A DNA stretch of 64,000 bases, from the IMG/VR virus record IMGVR_UViG_3300044614_001780; one strand, written 5' to 3'. The position numbers and the translations under genes are program-made. A model generated the notes under the pieces. It searched no databases, was not told the DNA's origin, and saw only the letters and a program-made list of their open reading frames with translations. The stretch is from a virus. Below are positions 37,920-46,212 of the stretch, piece after piece (the stretch's first letter is position 1; every line of letters begins with the position of its first letter).

Positions 37920-38775
37920 TAATCCAAATCTAAGACCAATCATCGGAAATAATCCGATTAACATTCCAAATCCAAACACCAATAGAATTGCTGGTCCTTC
38001 TGTAATTTCTACTATAGAAAGACCAGCACTTCGTAGTGTTGAAGCACCAGTAGTGCGTGGGTTAGAAGTACCCGTTGTTGATGTACCAAATACTACGATT
38101 AAATATCCAGTTATTAATGTTCCAACTCAAGCAGAATTTGATGCTGCAGTAAAAGCAGAAAGGGAAAAACAACAGCAGGAAGAAAAACCAAAAGAGAGGG
38201 GATTACCTGATACTACTCCCCCACCTCAACTGCCTCAGGTTGCTCAAACCCCCCCTGCTCAAACTCCCATTGCTGAAATACCTGCAAATAAACCAACAAC
38301 TACACCAACATTTAGTGTCTATGGAGTCAATATTAATTTACCTGACCCTTCTCTTGTTGCTACGGCTGGTGCTGTCGCAGTAGTTACCACTGCTGCTACG
38401 ATAGCATCAACAACTGTTCTGAATGCATTAAAAAATGCAGCAGAACCAATGATTAAAGAAGCAACAAAGAACAAGTTTAAAATTAAAATCAAACAAGTTA
38501 AACCAGTTCTACATTATGTTTTAGCAGAAGGTGGTCACGTAGATGTTTTTGAATACTCTGCTGAAGGAACTCGTTTAGTCGAACAAGTAACTAATGTAGA
38601 ACAATACATTCGTGACCAAGTTGAAATCAATGCCCTCTATGAGATTGATAACAAAATCATTATTGATGATGTAATCAAAGATAAGTTCACAAAAGAAGGC
38701 AAAGAAAGATTTAAACCTCTCTTTGCCCCTGCTAAAAAAATTGCTAAAAAATTATCTGCTAAGTTCTCAATCTGA
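37882..38775 (+). CDS. Pro-rich membrane-anchored protein
   Basis: Pro-rich N half, hydrophobic ATAGAVAVVTTAAT segment, basic C terminus. Confidence 0.7.
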   Translation: MRMWLMEPIELINNPNLRPIIGNNPINIPNPNTNRIAGPSVISTIERPALRSVEAPVVRGLEVPVVDVPNTTIKYPVINVPTQAEFDAAVKAEREKQQQEEKPKERGLPDTTPPPQLPQVAQTPPAQTPIAEIPANKPTTTPTFSVYGVNINLPDPSLVATAGAVAVVTTAATIASTTVLNALKNAAEPMIKEATKNKFKIKIKQVKPVLHYVLAEGGHVDVFEYSAEGTRLVEQVTNVEQYIRDQVEINALYEIDNKIIIDDVIKDKFTKEGKERFKPLFAPAKKIAKKLSAKFSI

Positions 38776-38901
38776 AGTAAATTTGGAAATAATCCACACA
38801 ACAATTATTGCTGGCAATTGAACTAAAACGTTATAAAGAATTTCTAGAAAGATATTATCTTTCTCTTCTTTACGTTTATCCTTTGCTGGTGCCGTGGTCA
38901 T
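38767..38901 (-). CDS. 44-aa membrane peptide
   Basis: MTTAPAKDKRKEEKDNIFLEILYNVLVQLPAIIVVWIISKFTSD; read by eye. Confidence 0.45.
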   Translation of the reverse strand: MTTAPAKDKRKEEKDNIFLEILYNVLVQLPAIIVVWIISKFTSD

Positions 38902-38994
38902 TTTGTAACACCTTAAACAAATCTTTACTATTTAATAGTTAATATAAAAATGTAACGATTTTTTAAGTGTTTTTCGTGTTGGTCTCATAACAAA

Positions 38995-39195
38995 TTATTT
39001 TTTCCCCTTTAACTTAAAGGCAGCATCACCAAGAAAAGAACCAACTGCAAGTAAAAGTACTTTAGCATAAGCATCACGACTTGTACTTTCCAGTTCCACT
39101 TGACCTTCTGTACGAATCGCAACTGATTCCACAGCAGAAATCATTAATGCTGCCCAGATAATTAAAAATAATCTAACAATATTGAAATATATCAC
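38995..39195 (-). CDS. Hypothetical two-TM protein
   Basis: Two hydrophobic segments; coupled to the nuclease stop. Confidence 0.55.
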   Translation of the reverse strand: MIYFNIVRLFLIIWAALMISAVESVAIRTEGQVELESTSRDAYAKVLLLAVGSFLGDAAFKLKGKK

Positions 39196-39605
39196 TTTTT
39201 CCTTTTTGCCAGAAGTTCATCAAAGTTCTTTTTCTTTGTTCCACCATCATATTCCCAAGCATAACCTTCATTAACCATTTGATTGTTGATGGATATTTCT
39301 TCTCCATTAATAAACAGATGACCGATAATGCGACCATACTTCTCGGTGCTATCGGGTAGTTCTGTTTTAATGAGAATATCTTTAGCAAATTCTAATCTGT
39401 GCTTGAGCCAGTCTTTAACTTCGAGACCAAGTTTCTTTTCATACGCATCAGTTGTCCTGCTCTCTGGGGTATCGATACCAGCAAGACGAATTCGCTTAGT
39501 AAGGGAGATATCAAAACCCAAATCAATATCAGCGTCAATAGTGTCACCATCTACAACCTTGTGTACTGAACGTATTCTATAGACGTAAGGATCTTTGTCA
39601 GCCAT
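39192..39605 (-). CDS. Thermonuclease (SNase) family nuclease
   Basis: VVDGDTI..RIRLAGIDTPE..KYGRI..MVNEGYA. Confidence 0.9.
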   Translation of the reverse strand: MADKDPYVYRIRSVHKVVDGDTIDADIDLGFDISLTKRIRLAGIDTPESRTTDAYEKKLGLEVKDWLKHRLEFAKDILIKTELPDSTEKYGRIIGHLFINGEEISINNQMVNEGYAWEYDGGTKKKNFDELLAKRKK

Positions 39606-39817
39606 TAGAATGGTAATTTGAACTTCTCAGTATTTAGTTTAGGAATGGGTAGTTTTTCAAATGCTTTTGATACTTGCTTCTCCACAACAGCACCAACAAA
39701 TGCTTCTGGATTGTCTAAGATTTTCTGTGCTTTTTGATAAGTAATGTATGCTCCTACACCAATTGCAGCACTAATGCCCAGACTTGTGATTGATAGAATT
39801 AGACTCAGATGTTTCAT
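39605..39817 (-). CDS. Hypothetical membrane-anchored protein
   Basis: N-terminal TM helix; 70 aa. Confidence 0.6.
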   Translation of the reverse strand: MKHLSLILSITSLGISAAIGVGAYITYQKAQKILDNPEAFVGAVVEKQVSKAFEKLPIPKLNTEKFKLPF

Positions 39818-39923
39818 CTTTCATCTCCTCGTTTGCTAACTTTAATATGTAGTAAATGATATATGCAGTAAAGGCAAGTCCGCAGGATAATAATATTACA
39901 ACACCCCAAGGAAATTCATTCAT
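39771..39923 (-). CDS. 50-aa single-TM peptide
   Basis: MNEFPWGVVILLSCGLAFTAYIIYYILKLANEEM..; read by eye. Confidence 0.5.
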   Translation of the reverse strand: MNEFPWGVVILLSCGLAFTAYIIYYILKLANEEMKDETSESNSINHKSGH

Positions 39924-40114
39924 TATCTTCCCTCTTCTTTATGAATAAAATCTTTCAAATCTCTTAGATATTGTCTTAATATATTTGCCTGTTCTTCGTG
40001 CCAAAAATCACCCGTCTCCATAAAAAGACGGGTGTGATTATCTATGGCTTTGAGTATTTGATGGATGGGAGCATTCCAACACTCCCTCTTTGGAGTGTTC
40101 CATTCTCTTGGCAT
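39923..40114 (-). CDS. Conserved hypothetical protein
   Basis: WNTPKRECWNAPIHQILKAIDNH. Confidence 0.65.
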   Translation of the reverse strand: MPREWNTPKRECWNAPIHQILKAIDNHTRLFMETGDFWHEEQANILRQYLRDLKDFIHKEEGR

Positions 40115-40217
40115 GGGATAGTTAGTGCGTGTATTTCATTATAACGGAAATATTCAAGTTGGCATTGACCTGGACTAAGTTCAAAATAACCAACTACCAT
40201 AAAAGCAATAAACTCCA

Positions 40218-40331
40218 TCAATTTTTCTTACCACCGTTTTTTGCTTTCTTTGCAGAGGCATTGCCCTGGTTCTGCTTGGATTGTTTTCCACCAGCAGAAC
40301 CTTTCTTGCCTTTATTTGATGATTTGGACAT
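40218..40331 (-). CDS. 37-aa Lys/Gly-rich basic peptide
   Basis: MSKSSNKGKKGSAGGKQSKQNQGNASAKKAKNGGKKN; TAATG coupling. Confidence 0.5.
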   Translation of the reverse strand: MSKSSNKGKKGSAGGKQSKQNQGNASAKKAKNGGKKN

Positions 40332-40672
40332 TATGCCCCTGTACGAGGTTGAACGTATCCTTCACCATCTTCTACTTTGGTTTCAAGTGCTTCAACTCTT
40401 GCTTCAAGAGTTTCTGGTGCTTCTGGTTCTGGTGGAGCAGAAACTACCTCTTCTCTTTTAGGTTCCTCTTTTTTTTCATCTTCATCATCACCACCCTTCT
40501 TCATTGTATTGATACCAAAAGTGGCAGCAGATGCAGTAAAGACTGTCGCAATAAATGTGGGGTCCATTTTGGATAGAGCCCCAGCATAACTTGCGGTAAG
40601 AAGAGCAGCAGACCATCCAAGGATGGCAATACGAATTACTTGCCCCAAAGCATTCTCCTTTTTCTTATCCAT
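40331..40672 (-). CDS. Two-TM membrane protein (holin-like topology)
   Basis: Two hydrophobic helices and a highly charged C terminus; near lysin genes. Confidence 0.55.
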   Translation of the reverse strand: MDKKKENALGQVIRIAILGWSAALLTASYAGALSKMDPTFIATVFTASAATFGINTMKKGGDDEDEKKEEPKREEVVSAPPEPEAPETLEARVEALETKVEDGEGYVQPRTGA

Positions 40673-40711
40673 CAGTCCATGTGATGATGTTCTACCTCAT
40701 ATTTAGGTAAA

Positions 40712-42877
40712 TCAAAACTTAAATTTAAGTTTCGCAGACACCACTGTATTAGAAACACCATCATTGATTTGATGTATTCCTTCAACGATTACCATTTCCT
40801 TATAATCAACAGAAGCATTTGCCTCAATCATTCCGCTGGTTTCATAAGAACCACCGACAGTTATGCCGAATAAATCCTTTTTCTTACCACCAAAACGATG
40901 TGAAATATTTAGACCAACCTCACCAGAATGTGAAGTTTTGTTTATAACATCAACGGTTCTTCTGGATTGAACTGAACCAGTTTCAGTAAAACCATCTCTC
41001 TGATAATTACCAACAGTGTATCCAACAAATGGAGTTATGTTCTTATTGAGATGCCAGAATAATCTGTTATTAACAAACCACTCTTTTCCTTGTGTTGAAC
41101 TTTCATTATTAAAGATACCCTGAACATTTCTTGATACATTATATTTGTTCTGGGAGAAACCAGCATTAGTTAAGAGTGATAATGTATTTCCACGGAACAT
41201 ATTAAAGAAACCATAATGACTCTTAACAAGATTAGAAGTGCTATCAACACCACCTAAATCAATATTCACATTATTATACTGACCACCAATAGTCCAGGTT
41301 GGTTTGATATCAATTTCTAATCCACCACCAATAATCAGAGACTTACCAGTGTATCCATAATCACCAGAAGACCATGAATAATAGTTATTGCTGAATACTC
41401 TTACTCTGTCTGAATCTGGTTTAGATGGTTCATGAATAAGAAGGTTTTGTAATCCACCACCAATCTTATCTAAAACATCGTATTGGTCTGTGCGTCCAGA
41501 AAGAACATCATGAGTATTCTTTGTATCAACAGAAAGAAGTAAAGAACTTATAACAGTTCCATCACTATAAGTATCTTGCTGTAATAGAGGAGTTTGACTT
41601 GTAGTTGCAAAATCTCTTCTAATCTTTTGAACTCCATCCTTCTCAGATGCCTTATGAGTTACTTTGGTAGTAACAACAACTGGAAGTCCTGGTGCAGGAA
41701 CAGTTACAGAGTTTAATAATGTTGGTGGTTCTGGTTCTGGTGTGGGTTCAGGAGTTGGCTCTGGTTCTGGTGTTGGCTCAGGTGTAGGTTCTGGAGTTGG
41801 ATCTGGTTCTGGAGTGGGTTCTGGTTCTGGTGTTGGCTCAGGTGTAGGTTCTGGTTCTGGAGTAGGTTCTGGTTCTGGAGTAGGTTCTGGTGTTGGCTCA
41901 GGTGTAGGTTCTGGTTCTGGAGTAGGTTCTGGTTCTGGAGTGGGTTCTGGTTCTGGAGTTGGAGTTGGTGCTACTTCATCAACAGATGGTGCATCTGGAT
42001 TGTTTGGAGCAACAGGTGTAAATGATTGACCGTTCTGTGTTGTAGTTCCAGGCTGACTATCAACTAAAAGAACAGGAGAAAGTGCAGTATCTCCAAGATT
42101 GAATACTGCAAATCCTAAGAGATAATCACCATCAGCACCTACTTGATATGTTGAATACTGCCATCCAGTAGAACCATAAGTTCCAGTTGAATAATCACCA
42201 GTTCCTGGATTGGTAAATCCAAGCAGTGCATAGTTTTGAAGTTGATTATTAACTGTTACTGTTGGAGATGAACCTGTTCCCTGATAGACAAGTGATGTAA
42301 TAGAACCATCATTGAAAGGAACATAATCAGTTCCAATATAGTTCCAAGACATTGTATAAACTGTTCCAGTTTGCAAAGTCACTGACTTTGTAATCCAAGC
42401 AGCATCAGTTGGATTTGGATTTCCTAAACCAGATTGTTGCTGTTGTTGAGTGAGAAGGTCTTTAATTGCTTGGTTTTCTGCTGCAGTTAATCCAAGTGCT
42501 TCTGTTGCTTGGTTAAATGTTGCTTGACCATTTGGTTGTAGTGCAGCACCAGCATCCCCATAAGGAGCAAACTCCCAAGTTGTTGGTGTTACTGCGGGTG
42601 CGTGGTATGGGTTAGGAGAACCATCTTGGAGAGTTGGACTTCCTACTGCTCCGTGAGAAGGTGCATTGAAGATTACTGGATTATCGACAACACTAACACC
42701 CGTTCCCTGTCCTGTGATTGTGCTGTCTAATGTTCCTGTTTGAGTTCCAGTATTCCATCCTGAGGTATTTCCAGACTCAAAATCTGTACCAGAAATAGTA
42801 TCTGCAAATGCAATTGTAGGCACTCCAATAAGAAGCGCAGACGCTGCAGACAGCGCCCTTTGCGTGTAGTTAGACAT
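40712..42877 (-). CDS. Autotransporter-like surface protein with Pro-Glu/Pro-Thr stalk and C-terminal beta-barrel
   Basis: Signal peptide (AFA-D), beta-rich N domain, (PE/PT)n linker, amphipathic strands, C-terminal AKLKFKF. Confidence 0.75.
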   Translation of the reverse strand: MSNYTQRALSAASALLIGVPTIAFADTISGTDFESGNTSGWNTGTQTGTLDSTITGQGTGVSVVDNPVIFNAPSHGAVGSPTLQDGSPNPYHAPAVTPTTWEFAPYGDAGAALQPNGQATFNQATEALGLTAAENQAIKDLLTQQQQQSGLGNPNPTDAAWITKSVTLQTGTVYTMSWNYIGTDYVPFNDGSITSLVYQGTGSSPTVTVNNQLQNYALLGFTNPGTGDYSTGTYGSTGWQYSTYQVGADGDYLLGFAVFNLGDTALSPVLLVDSQPGTTTQNGQSFTPVAPNNPDAPSVDEVAPTPTPEPEPTPEPEPTPEPEPTPEPTPEPTPEPEPTPEPEPTPEPTPEPEPTPEPDPTPEPTPEPTPEPEPTPEPTPEPEPPTLLNSVTVPAPGLPVVVTTKVTHKASEKDGVQKIRRDFATTSQTPLLQQDTYSDGTVISSLLLSVDTKNTHDVLSGRTDQYDVLDKIGGGLQNLLIHEPSKPDSDRVRVFSNNYYSWSSGDYGYTGKSLIIGGGLEIDIKPTWTIGGQYNNVNIDLGGVDSTSNLVKSHYGFFNMFRGNTLSLLTNAGFSQNKYNVSRNVQGIFNNESSTQGKEWFVNNRLFWHLNKNITPFVGYTVGNYQRDGFTETGSVQSRRTVDVINKTSHSGEVGLNISHRFGGKKKDLFGITVGGSYETSGMIEANASVDYKEMVIVEGIHQINDGVSNTVVSAKLKFKF
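41724..41970. repeat. Tandem 6/12/18-bp repeats encoding (PEPEPT/PEPT)n
   Basis: ggttct/ggagta/ggtgtt hexamer array, about 80 codons. Confidence 0.95.
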
Positions 42878-42977
42878 AAAAATACGGTGGTTGGTTTAGC
42901 AGTTATTTCCAAGAACTACTAAACACAACTCACCGTGGTGTGGGGTTAAGTTGCTTCAACTCACTGGTTGAAACTAT

Positions 42978-43649
42978 TTATCCTTTTTTCCAAGCATCTC
43001 CTTCTGCTTTTCTTCTACGAGCAAGTCCTGCTTCTACATTGGAACCAGGATTTCTGTAGAGATAAAGTGCATCTGGAACTTTGTCCCATTCTTTATTCTT
43101 TAATGTACGAGTAATGGTATTGAAGTTATCACCACCATAAAAACCAGCACCAAGATTATAAGCAAAAGAAAGTAGAGCACCTCTTTTACCATCACTCATC
43201 TCATTCCAATGTGGAATTTTACGAAGTGAAGGAAGAAACTGGTTCTTGCACTGACTAATCAATAGTTCATCAGCTTCCTGTTGAGTGATTTGATCACCAA
43301 GTTGGAATGGTCCACCATCCTTCTTACGAGTAGAACCCCAACCAATGGTGATTGGAAGTCCACCAGATAGAGGATCTGGGTATGCCTTTAGATGACATCC
43401 TTCAAACTCCTTAATTAATTTAATACCAGTCATTGGCATATCGTCACCACCTGCTACAGGAGCGGCAGCAGATGGTGCTGATGCTGGTGCCGCATTACCC
43501 TTTTTTCCTCTATAAATCTCCGCCCAATCTACATTATCTTCTAGATATTTGACTGGCAGATTATCTTCCAGCCACTGCACTGCCTTTACGTGATTTGGAT
43601 TCTTCTCGTCATAAAACTTGAAGAAGTTGTGTAAATCAATTCTTGCCAT
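42978..43649 (-). CDS. Lysozyme (GH24) with N-terminal accessory domain
   Basis: IKEFEGCHLKAYPDP..TIGWGST..ALLSFAYNLG..GLARRRKAE. Confidence 0.9.
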   Translation of the reverse strand: MARIDLHNFFKFYDEKNPNHVKAVQWLEDNLPVKYLEDNVDWAEIYRGKKGNAAPASAPSAAAPVAGGDDMPMTGIKLIKEFEGCHLKAYPDPLSGGLPITIGWGSTRKKDGGPFQLGDQITQQEADELLISQCKNQFLPSLRKIPHWNEMSDGKRGALLSFAYNLGAGFYGGDNFNTITRTLKNKEWDKVPDALYLYRNPGSNVEAGLARRRKAEGDAWKKG

Positions 43650-43756
43650 TGTTGCCTCCTATATTTGGAAAGTATATATCAAATAGTTCACTTGCTTCTT
43701 TATGTCGTCCTTGATTTGTGAGTTTCTTCACTTCTTCCAGAATTTTTTTCTTAAAC

Positions 43757-44428
43757 TCAGTCGAAGATCCTTCCCCACCCATCATTACCTCCTGGGCACC
43801 AACGATGCTTAAGAACTGCTTTAGTGTAAATGGTCTTCTTACCATTTGTGACTGGACCAGTATAGTTATCATTCAGAGAACCATATGGATCATTGACATA
43901 ATATCCTTTACCGTCTGGTGTCTTACCAATTACAACACACATGTGCCCACCAGTAGGTGCAGATAAAGAACCCCTATGCAGGATACCAATAACAACAGGT
44001 TTCCCAGCATCAAGACTCTTATCAATGTCAGCAAAAGAAAGATTGTAACTAAAGTGTGACTTAATTCCATAACCTTGTAGAACCTTCGTCTGAACCGCAT
44101 GGTCAGTCGTGTCACCAATAGCAAATACTTTCTTAACATACTCATCGTCACCTTTAATGCTTCCTGGCTTGAGGAAAGCAAGACACATAGCACACGATGA
44201 AGAGTTGCAAGTTCTATGTGCATCTCTATAGTTATCAACCTGGTTGAAATATGGTACTGCTAGAACTGCTGGAGTTGGTGGTTTAGTTCTAAAAATGCCA
44301 ATCCAGTCAGTCTCGGAATCATCCATAAACTCAGCAGGTAGGTTATCTTCTAACCATTGAACTGCTGCTACATGGTTCGAATTACCATCATCATAATACT
44401 TAAAAAAGTTATGAAGATCTAACGTCAT
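43757..44428 (-). CDS. C39-like cysteine peptidase with the same N-terminal domain
   Basis: VPYFNQ..RTCNSSSCAM..GGHMCVVIG..VNDPYG. Confidence 0.85.
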   Translation of the reverse strand: MTLDLHNFFKYYDDGNSNHVAAVQWLEDNLPAEFMDDSETDWIGIFRTKPPTPAVLAVPYFNQVDNYRDAHRTCNSSSCAMCLAFLKPGSIKGDDEYVKKVFAIGDTTDHAVQTKVLQGYGIKSHFSYNLSFADIDKSLDAGKPVVIGILHRGSLSAPTGGHMCVVIGKTPDGKGYYVNDPYGSLNDNYTGPVTNGKKTIYTKAVLKHRWCPGGNDGWGRIFD

Positions 44429-44458
44429 CTTTACTGTGGCATAAGCTTGAAATATTTA

Positions 44459-44620
44459 TCAATATGAATATTCATTAATTTTATCTAATACTTTATTAAG
44501 ATACTTATTTGCAATTGATTTTGGGTCCGATGTCCAATTTATATCTTCTCTATAGAGTTCCGTTTTCAACTTCTCTAAATGAACTCTCATCTCATCTTTA
44601 GTCAAATGATTTCTAGGCAT
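44459..44620 (-). CDS. 53-aa hypothetical protein
   Basis: MPRNHLTKDEMRVHLEKLK..ANKYLNKVLDKINEY; read by eye. Confidence 0.55.
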   Translation of the reverse strand: MPRNHLTKDEMRVHLEKLKTELYREDINWTSDPKSIANKYLNKVLDKINEYSY

Positions 44621-44678
44621 GAAACAAAAAAACTCTGCTGCTTATTTAGCAACAGAGTTAATATTATTTCTTATTATT

Positions 44679-45206
44679 TCAAACTGATACAGTTTTGTTT
44701 ACAGTTGACTTCACATATTCATAAACTGCTTCTGGAGTTGTTGCTTCATAAGGGTCAGAAGCAGCATTATCTTGCTTTCCTTCTTCCTCAAAAAGTTTTT
44801 CGATAATACCATTATTTACCACAGCAGCATATCTCCAAGAACGCTGACCAAAACCAAGATTGGCCTTGGCAACGAGTTGACCCATAGAACGAGTGAAGTA
44901 AGCATTGCCATCTGGAATTAGTTTTACATTCTTGATGTTTTGGTCTTGTGCCCAAGCATTCATCACGAATCCATCATTCACAGAGATACAGTAAATAGCA
45001 TCAATACCAAGTGCTTGAAACTCTTCAAACTTCTCTTCAAATCCAGGAAGTTGATATGCAGAGCAAGTAGGAGTAAATGCACCAGGCAGTGAGAAAATTA
45101 CTACACGCTTACCATCAAAAAGTTCAGAAGCAGTACGATTTACAAACTCTCCAGACTCACGAAATACAAATTCAACTTGTGGAATTTGATAACCTTCTTT
45201 ACGCAT
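44679..45206 (-). CDS. Type II peroxiredoxin (PRX5-like)
   Basis: FSLPGAFTPTCS; SVNDGFVMNAW; RSWRYA; GGAGG before ATG 45206. Confidence 0.92.
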   Translation of the reverse strand: MRKEGYQIPQVEFVFRESGEFVNRTASELFDGKRVVIFSLPGAFTPTCSAYQLPGFEEKFEEFQALGIDAIYCISVNDGFVMNAWAQDQNIKNVKLIPDGNAYFTRSMGQLVAKANLGFGQRSWRYAAVVNNGIIEKLFEEEGKQDNAASDPYEATTPEAVYEYVKSTVNKTVSV

Positions 45207-45217
45207 TGTAACCTCCA

Positions 45218-45337
45218 TCACCAAATACCAGGAATAATTTGACCAGTAGTGAGATAAGTGCCAACAGCAATTACAAATCCAAGCATTGCTAGACGAGCAT
45301 TGAGGATCTCTGCCTCAGGTGTGAATCCAAATTTCAT
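45218..45337 (-). CDS. hli: High-light-inducible protein (39 aa)
   Basis: [29 protein letters not shown]; ExxNxRxAM motif; not in ORF track. Confidence 0.9.
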   Translation of the reverse strand: MKFGFTPEAEILNARLAMLGFVIAVGTYLTTGQIIPGIW

Positions 45338-45534
45338 TTTGTTTCTCCTTTATAAGAATGTTGTTGTTTAAGTTCTGGGTTTGGGTTACAAACCATTTTT
45401 TCTTTAACAGGTTTAATTACAATAAACTTGTCATTCTTTAGTGTTCCAGCAATTTTGACTTCTAATTCAATATCACTGTCCCATCCAATTTCTTGAAGGG
45501 CAACTCCCAATTGCCCAAGCATTCCAGCACTCAC
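45334..45534 (-). CDS. Hypothetical protein
   Basis: 66 aa coupled between petF and hli. Confidence 0.6.
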   Translation of the reverse strand: MSAGMLGQLGVALQEIGWDSDIELEVKIAGTLKNDKFIVIKPVKEKMVCNPNPELKQQHSYKGETK

Positions 45535-45821
45535 AGGTTTTCTTCCTGTTCAGTAAGGATTACACAGTCGCTAGTGGGATATGCGACACATGTAAGCACC
45601 CAACCTTCTTCAAGTTGGTCATCATCAAGGAACGATTGCTCCTCGTTATCTACTGTTCCACTGATTAATTTTCCAGCACAAGCAGAGCAAGCACCAGCAC
45701 GACAAGATGAAGGCAGGTCTATCCCTGCATCTTCAGCAGCTTCAAGAATGTATTGGTCCTCAGCACACTGAATAGTTTGCTCAGTGCCATCGGGGGTACG
45801 AAGAGTAACGTTATATGCCAT
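45531..45821 (-). CDS. petF: Plant-type [2Fe-2S] ferredoxin
   Basis: [23 protein letters not shown]. Confidence 0.97.
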   Translation of the reverse strand: MAYNVTLRTPDGTEQTIQCAEDQYILEAAEDAGIDLPSSCRAGACSACAGKLISGTVDNEEQSFLDDDQLEEGWVLTCVAYPTSDCVILTEQEENL

Positions 45822-45907
45822 TAGTAAGTTTCACAAAGTTTTTCTACGGATGCTGCCAACAGTACGAAGAAGGCAACTGAAGTCATTGTAAAGATAATTG
45901 AAGTCAT
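45821..45907 (-). CDS. 28-aa single-TM peptide
   Basis: [28 protein letters not shown]; TAATG coupling to petF. Confidence 0.55.
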   Translation of the reverse strand: MTSIIFTMTSVAFFVLLAASVEKLCETY

Positions 45908-45920
45908 TGTCAATCAGTTG

Positions 45921-46124
45921 TCAGAAGATACCGAAGAAGAGTTTGCCAGTGAGACTATAAGAAAGAGCCCCAGCAATAATACCGACCATTGCCCAGCGTC
46001 CATTATACATCTCCGTAGTTTGCATGGGGGTCATAAGACCTTTACGATTATATTCTTGGTAAACCATTTCAGGTTCCTTGGCCCACATATTATTTTGACC
46101 AAGTTCATTGGTTGTTACAGTCAT
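45921..46124 (-). CDS. hli: High-light-inducible protein (67 aa)
   Basis: MTVTTNELGQNNMWAKEP..EMYNGRWAMVG..TGKLFFGIF. Confidence 0.9.
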   Translation of the reverse strand: MTVTTNELGQNNMWAKEPEMVYQEYNRKGLMTPMQTTEMYNGRWAMVGIIAGALSYSLTGKLFFGIF

Positions 46125-46133
46125 TTTCGTTTT

Positions 46134-46204
46134 ATTACGAATTGTTACACAATTATATAGCAAAAATAAAGGGGAGTCAAGCTCCCCAGTGTATCAGATT
46201 TTAC
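46134..46204 (-). promoter_or_regulatory. hli-petF operon promoter with NtcA-like box and HLR1-like repeat
   Basis: TTGACT-17-TATAAT; GTA-tcagattt-TAC at 46191-46204; ATTACGAA-tt-GTTACACA at 46134-46151. Confidence 0.65.
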
Positions 46205-46212
46205 AGATTAGA

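Noticed and set aside
41724-41970. Possible CRISPR-like or origin repeat array
   Set aside because: In-frame hexamer coding repeat with no unique spacers; I found no CRISPR array anywhere in the window.
41664-42029. (GS/GV)n plus-strand ORF resembling silk or an ice-binding protein
   Set aside because: Reverse complement of the PE/PT repeat in the surface protein.
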